Shown here piece by piece: positions 7,909 to 18,110 of a stretch of 64,000 nucleotides of DNA. A program made the translations under genes and the position numbers. This DNA is from Chitinophagaceae bacterium (GTDB taxonomy: Bacteria > Bacteroidota > Bacteroidia > Chitinophagales > Chitinophagaceae). Within the stretch, counting starts at the first letter, position 1; each line of letters begins with the position of its first letter. The notes under the pieces were generated by a model. The model saw nothing but the letters and a program-made list of their open reading frames with translations. It did not search any database and had not been told where the DNA came from. The stretch is from the NCBI GenBank assembly GCA_020403425.1, contig JADBXR010000007.1, forward strand, positions 26,287 through 90,286, written 5' to 3'.

Positions 7909-10560
7909 ATGAGAAAATTATTTACGATTGCCATTTTCAACCTCCTCGTTATCACGGCCTTTGCCCAGATGCCCGGAGGTATGCGCGGCGGAGGCAACTC
8001 CCAGAGCATGAATATTGGCCATTTTTACGGTAAACTGGTAGATAGCAAGACCAATAAGGGACTGGAATCTGTTACCGTTCAGCTGGTTGGTAACCGTTTT
8101 GATACGGCCACCAAAAAAATGAAAGAAGCGATATTGAGTACCCTGATCACCAAGGCAAATGGTGACTTTAGCTTTGACAACCTGCCCATTTTTGGCAATT
8201 TCAAATTGAAAATCAGCGCTTTAGGTTACAAATCCCTGGAAAAACCCATTAGTTTCGGTATCAAAATGCCACAAGGTGGTGCAGCCAATGGCAATATGCA
8301 GCAGATGCTGGCCATGGCCGATAAGGACCTGGGCAACATTAAAATGGAAGAAGATGCCACCAACCTGGGTAATGTGACCGTTACCTCTTCTGCCAAGCCA
8401 TTACTGGAACTGGGTATTGACCGGAAGATCTTCAATGTGGACAAGAACCTGGTCAGCTCAGGTCAGACTGCTACCGAGATCATGAAAAGTATCCCTTCGC
8501 TGAATGTGGATATTGATGGTAATGTGACCATGCGTAATGCCAGCCCTACCCTGTTCATCGACAACCGTCCCACTACGCTTACCCTTGACCAGATCCCTGC
8601 CGATATCATCGACAAAGTGGAGCTGATCACCAACCCTTCGGCCAAGTTCGACGCTTCGGGTGGTAATGCGGGTATCCTGAATATCGTACTGAAAAAGAAC
8701 AAAAAAACAGGTTACAATGGCGGTATCAGGACCGGTATCGACTCACGCGGTAAACTGAACCTGGGCGGCGACCTGAACCTGCGACAGGACAAGATCAACT
8801 TCTCGCTGAGTGCCAACTTCAACCAGCGTAAATCCATTTCAGACGGTATCACGGACAGGACCAACCTGCTGTATACCCCCAGCACCGTATTCAATACCAG
8901 CAACGGTATTAATAACGGGTATTTCGGTTTTGCCCGTGCGGGACTGGATTTTCTGGTAGACAACCGCAACACGATCTCAGTAGCAGGGAATTTCATGAGG
9001 GGGCAGTTCGATAATGAACAGACACAGCGTGTGGACTCCACCATCAAATCAGTATTCACGTCCTATAACCAGATCAGCACCAACAGCAGTGCGGTCATGC
9101 GGAACGTTGGTACCCAGATCAGCTACAAACACAATTTCACCAAGAGCGGGCATAACATCTCTGCTGACTTCAACTACAATTCTAGCAGTAATGAGAACAA
9201 TGCCAATATCGGCACACAGACCTATAACAGCAATGGTACCACCAAAGGACAGGCTCTGCTGCAGAAGACATTGGGCAGCGGCGCTACCAAGAATTACATC
9301 TTACAGGCAGATTATGAGAACCCATTGAGCGACGACAGCAAACTGGAAGCCGGTGTAAGAACCGCCATCAGGGACTTCAACAACATGAGCGACCAGTACC
9401 GCTATGACTACAACAGCAGCAGTTACAACCTGGTTCCGGGTATCAGCAATAAATACAAGTTCTACGACCAGGTATCGGCTGCTTATGCCACTTACAGTTT
9501 CAAAGTAAAAAAATGGAGCTACCAGTTAGGTTTCCGCGCAGAGAGCTCTAACTACACTGGTACCTTACTGAATGCCAAAGGGCAGGATTCTGCCACTTTC
9601 AAGGTGAAGTATCCGCTGAGCCTGTTCCCTAGTGCGTTCATCACATACAAGATCAACGACAAGCAGGACCTGCAACTGAATTATTCGCGTCGCGTGAACC
9701 GTCCAAACTTCTTCCAGTTGATGCCGTTCCCGGATTATTCTGATCCGCAGAACATCAATATCGGTAATGCCGGACTGAAGCCTGAGTTCACCAACTCATT
9801 CGAGGTCTCCTACAACAATGCGTATACCCGTGGCGCCAATTTCCTGGCAACAGCCTTCTTCAAACATACAACAGACCTGATCACCCGGTATGTGTACAGG
9901 GACAAGAACGGACTGGTCAGTGGCGACAGTGCTTATTTCAACACTTATATCAACGCCGATTACAGTTATTCCTACGGTCTGGAGCTGACCAACAAGATGG
10001 CATTGACCAAATGGTGGGATTTCACCGTGAACGTGAACCTGTTCAACTCGCAGATCAATGCAACCGTACCCGGCCAGAGTCTGAGCAATTCCATGGTGAG
10101 CTGGTTCGGTAAGATGAACAACAACTTCAAAGTGGCCAAGGGCTGGTCTGTACAGTTCAGCGGCGACTACCAGGCAAAATCCGTGTTACCTCCGAACTCA
10201 GGTGGTATGGGAGGCCGTGGTGGTGGCGGCGGTGGTATGATGTGGGGTGGCCCACAATCTACCTCACAGGGCTACAACCTGCCACGCTATGGTTTCGACC
10301 TGGCCATCCGCAAAGACTGGACCTGGAAGAACGGACAGAGCGGCTCACTGACCCTCAGCATAAACGATGTGTTCCGTACACAGGTCTTCAAATCATATTC
10401 TGAAAGCACTTTCTTTACCCAGACAAGTGAAAGAAGAAGGGACCAGCAGATACTTCGCCTGAACTTCAGCTACCGCTTTGGTAAGTTTGACGCAACCCTG
10501 TTCAAACGCAAGAATACCAAGGCCGACCAGGGTGGCGGAATGGAAATGATGCAGCAGTAA
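7909..10560 (+). CDS. TonB-dependent receptor-like outer-membrane beta-barrel protein
   Basis: Signal peptide from ATG 7909 (MRKLFTIAIFN...AFAQ); plug 'IDKVELITNPSAKFDASGGNAGILNIVLKK'; barrel 'LNYSRRVNRPNFFQL', 'NIGNAGLKPEFT', 'LNFSYRFGK'. Confidence 0.85.
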   Translation: MRKLFTIAIFNLLVITAFAQMPGGMRGGGNSQSMNIGHFYGKLVDSKTNKGLESVTVQLVGNRFDTATKKMKEAILSTLITKANGDFSFDNLPIFGNFKLKISALGYKSLEKPISFGIKMPQGGAANGNMQQMLAMADKDLGNIKMEEDATNLGNVTVTSSAKPLLELGIDRKIFNVDKNLVSSGQTATEIMKSIPSLNVDIDGNVTMRNASPTLFIDNRPTTLTLDQIPADIIDKVELITNPSAKFDASGGNAGILNIVLKKNKKTGYNGGIRTGIDSRGKLNLGGDLNLRQDKINFSLSANFNQRKSISDGITDRTNLLYTPSTVFNTSNGINNGYFGFARAGLDFLVDNRNTISVAGNFMRGQFDNEQTQRVDSTIKSVFTSYNQISTNSSAVMRNVGTQISYKHNFTKSGHNISADFNYNSSSNENNANIGTQTYNSNGTTKGQALLQKTLGSGATKNYILQADYENPLSDDSKLEAGVRTAIRDFNNMSDQYRYDYNSSSYNLVPGISNKYKFYDQVSAAYATYSFKVKKWSYQLGFRAESSNYTGTLLNAKGQDSATFKVKYPLSLFPSAFITYKINDKQDLQLNYSRRVNRPNFFQLMPFPDYSDPQNINIGNAGLKPEFTNSFEVSYNNAYTRGANFLATAFFKHTTDLITRYVYRDKNGLVSGDSAYFNTYINADYSYSYGLELTNKMALTKWWDFTVNVNLFNSQINATVPGQSLSNSMVSWFGKMNNNFKVAKGWSVQFSGDYQAKSVLPPNSGGMGGRGGGGGGMMWGGPQSTSQGYNLPRYGFDLAIRKDWTWKNGQSGSLTLSINDVFRTQVFKSYSESTFFTQTSERRRDQQILRLNFSYRFGKFDATLFKRKNTKADQGGGMEMMQQ

Positions 10561-10583
10561 AGAGCATTCTGACAGAGAATATC

Positions 10584-10614
10584 AGAGCCGTCCAATGGGA
10601 CGGCTCTTTTTTTT
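10584..10614 (+). terminator. Intrinsic terminator
   Basis: agagccgtcc-aatg-ggacggctct followed by a T run. Confidence 0.85.
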
Positions 10615-10622
10615 CGGACCGG

Positions 10623-11798
10623 TCATGTTTTCCGCAACTGCCGTTTCATGGCCAGCATACCCAGCAGTGGGCCTGCGGCAAGTAGCAGGTAGAGATAACG
10701 GGAAGAAAGTTCATCCCGCAGATAATTGAGGGTCTCGATACTGAGGATGGTGATGGTAAACCCGATGGAATTGGTGATGGTGAGTGCTGTACCCCTGACC
10801 TCAGGCGGGATGGAACGCGCCACCAGTGTTGAGAACTGTGGAGAATCGGCTACTACAGACATACCCCAGACCAACATCAGCAACAAGAATACCGGAAACG
10901 GCATTTGAAAAAAGAATGGCGATAGCAAACAGCAACCTGCGGAGATCAGCAACGCCAGAAATGCGGTTCGTGCGCTGCCCCAGCTGCGCGAAAGATAACC
11001 ACCCATGACACAGGCCGGTGCTCCGATGGCGATCACTAGAAAAGAAAGCAACGCCACCTGCCCGTTCTCCTGGCCATGCATCGAGAAGTAGGTATGGAAT
11101 ACAGAAGGTACGAAGGCCCAGAATGCATAGAGTTCCCACATATGGCCGAAATATCCGAAGGCAGCGGACCTGAAATCCGCATTGCGGAATATCTTCAGCA
11201 ATACTGCCGGATCGAACCCGTTGCTTTTGCTGCGGTAAGGTCCATCAGGCACAAAAAAACCTATGATGCATGCGCCTGCCGCTGACAGCAATGCGCTGAC
11301 AGCTATCACCCATTTCCAGGAAAAACCGGCCGTGTATACATGCACCAGGTGCGGGAAAGCCGTACCCAATACCAATGCACCTACCAGCCAGCCCAATGCG
11401 GTACCCAACCCCTGCTGGTGATGATCGGCGGCTATCTTCATGCCTACTGGATAGATTCCCGCAAGGAAGAACCCCGTGGCAAAACGTGCGAGCATCAATG
11501 ACGTAAATCCTTCTGCCACAAATATTGACAGGTTACACAAGGCAGCAGCAAACGCACAAACCACAAATACACGCGAAGGGGAAAACCTGTCAGAAACGGT
11601 AAATATGGCGAACAGTAATGTGCCGGTAATGAACCCCAACTGTACGGCAGCCACCAGATGCCCCAGTACCTCGGCAGAAAGTGAAAAATGCCGGATGACA
11701 TCGTTGATGACCGCATTTCCCGCAAACCATACGGAAGTACAGGCAAACTGCGCTGCAACAATAAAAGGGAGTACCGTTACGGATCTTTGCTTTTGCAT
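10623..11798 (-). CDS. MFS transporter
   Basis: About 12 hydrophobic segments; 'VQLGFITGT', 'GYFGHMWELYAFW', 'VADSPQFS'. Confidence 0.85.
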   Translation of the reverse strand: MQKQRSVTVLPFIVAAQFACTSVWFAGNAVINDVIRHFSLSAEVLGHLVAAVQLGFITGTLLFAIFTVSDRFSPSRVFVVCAFAAALCNLSIFVAEGFTSLMLARFATGFFLAGIYPVGMKIAADHHQQGLGTALGWLVGALVLGTAFPHLVHVYTAGFSWKWVIAVSALLSAAGACIIGFFVPDGPYRSKSNGFDPAVLLKIFRNADFRSAAFGYFGHMWELYAFWAFVPSVFHTYFSMHGQENGQVALLSFLVIAIGAPACVMGGYLSRSWGSARTAFLALLISAGCCLLSPFFFQMPFPVFLLLMLVWGMSVVADSPQFSTLVARSIPPEVRGTALTITNSIGFTITILSIETLNYLRDELSSRYLYLLLAAGPLLGMLAMKRQLRKT

Positions 11799-11845
11799 AT
11801 ATGCTATGGGCGTCTCCTTTGAGCCGGAAGGCAGAAGCCGATAAG

Positions 11846-12502
11846 TTACAGGTTCTTACCCGTGAGCATGGGTACGAAAGAGAACAGGTCGAAGGCCTCT
11901 TCGGTCACCGATCCATCCTCCTGTTTGGTCAGGCGAAGCATCCGTTGCGAACCTCCTTCATCCAGTGGTATCACCATTAATCCGCCGGGTTTCAGCTGTT
12001 CCACCAGTTTGGGCGGTATAAATGGAGCAGCGGCAGTGATGATCACCTTATCAAACGGTGCATACGTGGGCAATCCTTCAAAACCGTCTCCAAAAAAGAA
12101 TTTGATATTGGGGTATTTACTGCGGAAATAATATCCTTTCTGTAGATCGTATAGTTTTTTCTGTCGTTCGATGGTATATACCCTCGCTCCCATTTCGGCA
12201 AGTATGGTTGCCTGGTACACGCTGCCTGTTCCTATCTCCAGTACTTTATCGCCTTTCTTTATCTGCAGCAACTGTGTCTGGTAGGCAACGGTGTAGGGTT
12301 GAGAAATTGTCTGACCGGCAGCGATCTGAAAAGCGCGGTCCTCATAAGCGATCTTATCAAAAGCCGAATCCAGGAAATAATGACGGGGTATGGCATTGAT
12401 GGCATCCAATACCCGCTCATCCGTGATGCCTTTTTCACGCAGCAGGTCAACGAGTTTTTTCCGCAGCCCCTTATGCTGGTATGTGTCTTCGTATTTTCTC
12501 AT
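11846..12502 (-). CDS. pcm: Protein-L-isoaspartate O-methyltransferase
   Basis: 'GQTISQPYTVA', SAM-binding 'VLEIGTGSVYQ', 'PFDKVIITAAA'. ATG 12502 preferred over GTG 12508. Confidence 0.92.
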   Translation of the reverse strand: MRKYEDTYQHKGLRKKLVDLLREKGITDERVLDAINAIPRHYFLDSAFDKIAYEDRAFQIAAGQTISQPYTVAYQTQLLQIKKGDKVLEIGTGSVYQATILAEMGARVYTIERQKKLYDLQKGYYFRSKYPNIKFFFGDGFEGLPTYAPFDKVIITAAAPFIPPKLVEQLKPGGLMVIPLDEGGSQRMLRLTKQEDGSVTEEAFDLFSFVPMLTGKNL

Positions 12503-12634
12503 AAACACTACGAATATACTGCATAGTTGGCATGCATCCGGTCAGTATGGAACACTGTGAACAGAAACTGTATCTGTAAATAATTAACCCACACCGGATT
12601 GTTATTACAGGCATGACTGTTTTTCATCCTGCAT

Positions 12635-12671
12635 AAAAATCCGGATACCGGGTGATGACCGGTATCCGGAT
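12635..12671 (-). terminator. Intrinsic terminator after pgm
   Basis: 13-bp perfect stem atccggataccgg/ccggtatccggat; the adjacent A run gives the U tail on the minus strand. Confidence 0.8.
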
Positions 12672-12686
12672 CTATAAAATAGCTAC

Positions 12687-14414
12687 TTACTGCAGGTTCA
12701 TGTCTGCAATGATCGCCTTGATCTTATTCTCAAGCATTGCAAACGTACTATCGAAATCTTCTTTGCGTTTCAGCTGCGTGTTCACGCTGAAATAGAACTT
12801 GATCTTGGGTTCAGTGCCCGATGGGCGGGCCGAGATCTTGGTGCCGTCTGCGGTCACAAACTGCAGCACATTACTTTTGGGAAGTTCTATCTTCCAGTTT
12901 TCACCGGTCAGCAGGTTGGTCCCTTTCTGCAATTCATAATCCAGTAATGTGGCCACTTCAGCGCCGGCAATGGTCTTGGGCGGATGGTTGCGGTAACTCT
13001 CCATCATATCCGCGATCTCCTTCTGCCCATTCATTCCTTTTTTGGTGATGCTGATCAGGTTTTCGTAGTAGAAACCATATTTGATATACAGTTCTATCAT
13101 CTTATCGAAAAGTGTTCTGCCCTGGTTCTTTTCGTATGCGGCCATCTCGCACATCAGAGCCACTGCACTTACCGCATCTTTGTCACGGATCTGGTTACCG
13201 ATCATCAGTCCAAAACTTTCCTCACCGCCGATCACGTAGTTCTTCTGCCCATCCAGTTCCTTGATCTTTTCGGCGATCCATTTGAAACCGGTGAGTACAT
13301 TATAACAGGCCACTTCATTCTGCCTGGCCACTTCATTGATCATTTCGGTGGTAACGATCGTGGTGATCACCATATCATTCGGCTGTGCAATGCCCTTGGC
13401 CTTTCTTGCCTCCATCAGGTAACTGAAAGCCAGCACAGCGGTCTGGTTCCCATTCATCAATACCCACTCTCCTTTATGATTCTTGACACCAATTCCCACC
13501 CGGTCTGCATCCGGGTCTGTACCCAGTAAGATGTCCGCATCCAGTTCCTTGGCTTTTTTCAGGCCAATGCTCATGGTCTCACTTTCTTCCGGGTTCGGGT
13601 AATTGACCGTAGGAAAATTACCATCGGGTGTGGCCTGCTCTTCCACAATGGTCACGTTGGTAAACCCAAAACGCTTCAGCACTTCGGGCACCAGCATGAT
13701 CCCGGTACCATGGATCGGCGTGTACACGATCTTGAGGTCCTTCTGTTGGGAGATCACATCCGGATAGACACTCAGGCTTTTTACCATATCCAGGTAGGCA
13801 TTATCCATTTCCTTACCGATCAGGGTAATATTGGCATCACCACCGCTCCATTTCACTTCATTCACATTGGTGATGGCCTCCACCTCCCTGATCACATTCT
13901 TATCATGCGGCGGCACCAGTTGTCCCCCATCGTTCCAATAAGCCTTATACCCGTTGTACTCGCGCGGGTTATGTGATGCCGTACAGACCACACCTCCCTT
14001 ACAACCCAGCTGGCGGATGGCAAAACTGAGTTCGGGTGTGGGACGCAGGGCTTCGAACAGGTATACTTTGATACCGTTGGCTGCGAACACATGGGCAGTG
14101 GTCTCTGCAAAAAAACGGCTGTTATTGCGACTATCGTGCGCTATTGCCACTTTTACTTCTTCGTTACCGTATGTCTTTTTCAGGTAATTGGCAAAACCCT
14201 GTGTGGCCATGCCAATGGTGTATTTGTTGATGCGGTTGGTACCTACACCCATGATGCCACGCAGACCTCCGGTACCAAATTCAAGGTTCCGGTAAAAAGC
14301 ATCTGCCAGTTCATCGGGGTTCTCTTTCTGTAATTGAGCAATGGTGTCTTTTGTAGCCTGGTCGTAATGTCCGTTTACCCAGACATTGATCCGCTCCTGA
14401 ATGGCAGCATCCAT
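12687..14414 (-). CDS. pgm: Phosphoglucomutase/phosphomannomutase
   Basis: 'FGTGGLRG', phosphoserine loop 'TASHNP', metal loop 'DPDADR', 'GEES', 'RPSGTEPKIK'. Confidence 0.92.
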   Translation of the reverse strand: MDAAIQERINVWVNGHYDQATKDTIAQLQKENPDELADAFYRNLEFGTGGLRGIMGVGTNRINKYTIGMATQGFANYLKKTYGNEEVKVAIAHDSRNNSRFFAETTAHVFAANGIKVYLFEALRPTPELSFAIRQLGCKGGVVCTASHNPREYNGYKAYWNDGGQLVPPHDKNVIREVEAITNVNEVKWSGGDANITLIGKEMDNAYLDMVKSLSVYPDVISQQKDLKIVYTPIHGTGIMLVPEVLKRFGFTNVTIVEEQATPDGNFPTVNYPNPEESETMSIGLKKAKELDADILLGTDPDADRVGIGVKNHKGEWVLMNGNQTAVLAFSYLMEARKAKGIAQPNDMVITTIVTTEMINEVARQNEVACYNVLTGFKWIAEKIKELDGQKNYVIGGEESFGLMIGNQIRDKDAVSAVALMCEMAAYEKNQGRTLFDKMIELYIKYGFYYENLISITKKGMNGQKEIADMMESYRNHPPKTIAGAEVATLLDYELQKGTNLLTGENWKIELPKSNVLQFVTADGTKISARPSGTEPKIKFYFSVNTQLKRKEDFDSTFAMLENKIKAIIADMNLQ

Positions 14415-14554
14415 AATACTAAGTTTAAGTGAAGGTTCTTTTTCCTGACAAGTTTATGAATATTTTTTGCATTTTCAGCCAACTGCAGGGGTTCTGTCCG
14501 ATTTGCGCCGGCCATGCCGGCCTGTGCAGCAAAGATCATCGGCAATATTGGCCG

Positions 14555-15055
14555 CTATTGTATATATGCACCCGTCAACACCCCGTTCTCCACTTCTACC
14601 TGGATATGTTCCTGCAAGGTGGTGGCCACAGACAATCCCACATAATCCGGGTTAATGGGGAACAGTTTGTGCATACGTTCCACCAGAACCAGGGTCTGGA
14701 TGCTTTTGGGGAAGTAGTCCAGCAGCGGCTTCAGCGCATACAAAAGGGTGCGGCCACTATTGGTAACATCATCTGTGATGACCACATGTAGGTTGTTGAG
14801 AGAGATCTGTTCATCCAAAGTGATCTCTACAGGGTGTTTCTTATCCATGGTAAGTGAGACCACTTTGATCTCATTACTGACATAATTCTTCAGCAGGCCT
14901 GCCACTTTTTCTGCGATCACGGTGCCACTGTTCCGGATACCGATCAAAACAACGGGCTCGGTATCACCGTTCAGGCTTTCGGCCAGTTCCAGTGTCATCC
15001 GGTGCAGTTTCTGTTCTGCCGCTTCCCGGTTCAGTATATAATTCTTTGCTGCCAT
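14555..15055 (-). CDS. PyrR-like type I phosphoribosyltransferase
   Basis: PRPP loop 'VVITDDVTNSGRTL', 'VLVERMHKLFPINPDYVG'; exact -7 box TACTTTTG at 15073-15080. Confidence 0.8.
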   Translation of the reverse strand: MAAKNYILNREAAEQKLHRMTLELAESLNGDTEPVVLIGIRNSGTVIAEKVAGLLKNYVSNEIKVVSLTMDKKHPVEITLDEQISLNNLHVVITDDVTNSGRTLLYALKPLLDYFPKSIQTLVLVERMHKLFPINPDYVGLSVATTLQEHIQVEVENGVLTGAYIQ

Positions 15056-15152
15056 AATCAGGATTTATCAGTCAAAAGTAACAACAATAAAACCAACCCA
15101 CAATCCCTTTACAACTCGTCAATTTGTTATCTTAGCAAAATAAGCGATTACT

Positions 15153-16463
15153 ATGCACTATCTACAGCAAATCCTGTTTGTGGTCATTTCTGTGGCAGCC
15201 GTTTGGTTATTTGCCAAAAAAGCAGGTGAGATCAAAAGAAACATCCTGCTGGGCAAAAAGGAGCAACTGAACGACCAACCCGGCAAACGCTGGAACAACC
15301 TGCTGTTACTGGCATTTGGACAAAAAAAGATGTTCAAGAATCCGCTGGTGGCCGTCATGCACTTCCTGATCTATGCCGGTTTCATCATCATCAACCTGGA
15401 AGTGCTGGAGATCGTGCTGGACGGTATCCTGGGCACCCATCGCCTGTTTGCCCCGGTGCTGGGCAACCTGTATAACTGGCTGATCAATGCATTCGAATGG
15501 CTGGCACTCGGCGTGATCGTTGTTTGCGTAGTATTCCTTAGCCGGAGAAACATCCTGCAACTGAAACGCTTCCTCAGCAAGGACCTGAATGGCTGGCCCA
15601 GGAGCGATGCCAATTATATCCTGTTCACTGAGATCATCCTGATGTCACTGTTCCTGACCATGAACGCCGCCGATCAGGTATTACAGGCAAGAGGCAGTGA
15701 ACATTATCTACAAACAGGTTCTTTTGCCGTTTCCAGCCTCATCAGTCTATTGTTCTCCGGTCTGAACGACGGCAGCCTGACAGCCATCGAACGTAGCTGC
15801 TGGTGGTTGCACATTGTAGGCATTTTCGCTTTCCTGAACTACCTGCCTTATTCCAAACACCTGCACATTCTACTGGCATTCCCCAATGCCTATTTTGCCA
15901 GACTGGAACCCAATGGTAAAATGAAGAACATGCCTGAGGTACAGAAAGAGGTCTTGTACGCTATGCAGCCTGAAACTGTGCCGGCAGATGCCGTACCACC
16001 TGCTCATTTCGGCGCCAGGGATATCTTTGAACTGAGCTGGAAGAGCCTGCTGGATGCCTATAGCTGTACCGAATGTGGCCGGTGCACCGCTTCCTGCCCC
16101 GCCAACCTGACCGGGAAACAACTAAGCCCCCGCAGGATCATGATGGCCACCCGCGACCGCATGGAAGATGTTGGCCGCAATATCAACCAAAACAAATCGT
16201 TTGTAACCGATAACAAAACACTGCTGCATGATTATATCAGTGTGGAAGAACTTCGCGCCTGCACCACCTGCAACGCCTGTGTGGAAGCCTGTCCGGTAAG
16301 TATCTCCCCGCTCGACATCATTACAGAACTGCGCCGTTCCCTGATCATGGAGGAAAGTAATGCCCCGCAGGAATGGAACAGCACATTCAGCAATATCGAG
16401 AACAACTTCGCCCCGTGGAAATTCTCACCGGATGAACGGGACAAATGGGTTGGGGAATTATGA
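15153..16463 (+). CDS. Membrane-anchored 2x[4Fe-4S] protein (HdrC/FadF N-terminal-like)
   Basis: Five to six TM segments with His residues, then CTECGRCTASCP and CTTCNACVEACP. Confidence 0.85.
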   Translation: MHYLQQILFVVISVAAVWLFAKKAGEIKRNILLGKKEQLNDQPGKRWNNLLLLAFGQKKMFKNPLVAVMHFLIYAGFIIINLEVLEIVLDGILGTHRLFAPVLGNLYNWLINAFEWLALGVIVVCVVFLSRRNILQLKRFLSKDLNGWPRSDANYILFTEIILMSLFLTMNAADQVLQARGSEHYLQTGSFAVSSLISLLFSGLNDGSLTAIERSCWWLHIVGIFAFLNYLPYSKHLHILLAFPNAYFARLEPNGKMKNMPEVQKEVLYAMQPETVPADAVPPAHFGARDIFELSWKSLLDAYSCTECGRCTASCPANLTGKQLSPRRIMMATRDRMEDVGRNINQNKSFVTDNKTLLHDYISVEELRACTTCNACVEACPVSISPLDIITELRRSLIMEESNAPQEWNSTFSNIENNFAPWKFSPDERDKWVGEL

Positions 16464-16494
16464 ATAACGAATAATGAACAGGGAATGTTGAAGT
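16462..16494 (+). repeat. Short degenerate heptamer array
   Basis: gaataac gaataat gaacagg gaatgtt gaagt; same class as 58433-58460. Confidence 0.55.
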
Positions 16495-16548
16495 GAGTAC
16501 TTGTGCATTATTCGATCGACTCTGATCATACAGACTGAAACCTATCTT

Positions 16549-16878
16549 ATGAAACTCTCTTCGTTTCCTTTCTCTATCACTGATTTCGGCGATATAACGC
16601 CGGAGATCAAACCGGGTATTACGGGGTTTGCGGAATGGAGAACGTTTTACCGAGACGATGTCAGGATCCGGCAGGTCACCTACTCACCGGAATACCTGGC
16701 CGATCATTGGTGCAGCAAGGGGCATATCATTTTCTGCATAGAAGGATCCATGGAGACTGAGCTGGCCAACGGCAGTAAACATACCCTTAGCAAGGGGCTT
16801 ATTTACACGGTGGGTGACGATAGCGATGCACATAGGACCTATTCAAAAGAGGGCTGTAGATTACTGATCGTTGATTAG
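16549..16878 (+). CDS. DHCW-motif cupin-fold protein
   Basis: 'EYLADHWCSKGHIIFCIEGSMETEL...GDDSDAHR'. ATG 16549 preferred. Confidence 0.85.
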   Translation: MKLSSFPFSITDFGDITPEIKPGITGFAEWRTFYRDDVRIRQVTYSPEYLADHWCSKGHIIFCIEGSMETELANGSKHTLSKGLIYTVGDDSDAHRTYSKEGCRLLIVD

Positions 16879-16978
16879 TTGAAGGGCAAGAAGGATCACG
16901 TTGATCCGGGTCAAGTTCTTCATTCATTACACTCCGTCATATGCAAATTTCAGCTACATTCGTATAAATCTTTCGGAT

Positions 16979-17758
16979 ATGAAAGTGAACACCATGGCAG
17001 AGATGATGGCTGCCGGAGAAAGCCCCGATATTCTTTTCTGGGTAGGCTGTGCCGGCAGTTTTGACCAACGTGCACAGAGAATCACCAAAGCTTTTGCGGC
17101 CATCCTTGATAAAGTAGGTTTCAAATATGCGATACTCGGAAAAGAGGAAGCTTGCACCGGGGACCCCGCCAGGCGCGCCGGCAATGAATTCCTATTCCAG
17201 ATGATGGCTTACCAGAACATTCAGGTGTTGAACGGTTATGGCATCAAGAAGATCGTGACCACCTGCCCGCATTGTTTCAATACGCTCAAGAACGAATATC
17301 CCGAACTGGGTGGTAATTATGAAGTGATCCACCATACCACTTTGCTGCAGCAACTCATTGACGAAGGACGGATCAAACTGAAAGAAGGCGGTAGTTTCAA
17401 AGGAAAAAAGATCTCCTACCACGACAGCTGTTACCTGGGCCGGGCCAACGATATTTATGAAGCGCCCCGTAAAGTGCTGGAAGCATTGGATGCAGAGCTG
17501 GTGGAGATGAAACGTTGCCGCACCAACGGACTTTGCTGCGGAGCCGGTGGCGCGCAGATGTTCAAAGAGGATGAACCAGGCGATAAACGCATCAACATTG
17601 AACGTACGGATGAAGCGCTGGCAACAGGCGCATCATTCATTGCTTCAGCCTGTCCTTTCTGCAATACCATGATGACCGATGGTGTCAAGAACCGCGAGAA
17701 GGAAAATGAAGTGGCCGTTCTGGACCTCGCAGAAATGATCGCCGCAAGCATGGAATAG
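16979..17758 (+). CDS. CCG-domain Fe-S protein (HdrB/D, GlpC-like)
   Basis: 'FWVGCAG', 'EACTGDPARRAGNE', 'TTCPHC', 'YHDSCYLGR', 'CCGAGG', 'ACPFC'. Start at ATG 16979 or the next ATG. Confidence 0.88.
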   Translation: MKVNTMAEMMAAGESPDILFWVGCAGSFDQRAQRITKAFAAILDKVGFKYAILGKEEACTGDPARRAGNEFLFQMMAYQNIQVLNGYGIKKIVTTCPHCFNTLKNEYPELGGNYEVIHHTTLLQQLIDEGRIKLKEGGSFKGKKISYHDSCYLGRANDIYEAPRKVLEALDAELVEMKRCRTNGLCCGAGGAQMFKEDEPGDKRINIERTDEALATGASFIASACPFCNTMMTDGVKNREKENEVAVLDLAEMIAASME

Positions 17759-17801
17759 GTTTCCGAAAGCTTGTCGACATTCACAAACACAATGACGACC
17801 T

Positions 17802-18023
17802 ATGTTCGCCCGAAAACACTTTAGCTGGAAAAAATGGTTGGCGATCACCGCATATATGTTCGCCGTCACCCTGCTGATCAGCTGGCTTCTATCGTTATTA
17901 CTGAAGGAATCCCCCGAAACCAGGGCACAGCTTTTTACCCGTTCTGCCATTGCCGCCAGGCTGTTGGCTGCTGTGCTCAGCGGTACCCTCCTGAGTTTTA
18001 TGCGTTTTAGCCGAAAACCCTGA
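17802..18023 (+). CDS. Small hypothetical two-TM membrane protein
   Basis: ATG-initiated 73-aa ORF with two hydrophobic segments, filling the gap between co-oriented genes. No motif recognised. Confidence 0.5.
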   Translation: MFARKHFSWKKWLAITAYMFAVTLLISWLLSLLLKESPETRAQLFTRSAIAARLLAAVLSGTLLSFMRFSRKP

Positions 18024-18110
18024 ATCCGTTACAGAACAGCCTATTTTCACCTCAGGTCCAGGCAAAGCCCTCTTCATGCGGAATTATGACAAATACAGTA
18101 ATTTTGCTGT

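Noticed and set aside
14415-14554. gccggc/gccggc mini-hairpin between the PRTase and pgm; possible PyrR-binding leader
   Set aside because: Too short, no PyrR binding-loop consensus, and no pyr genes nearby.
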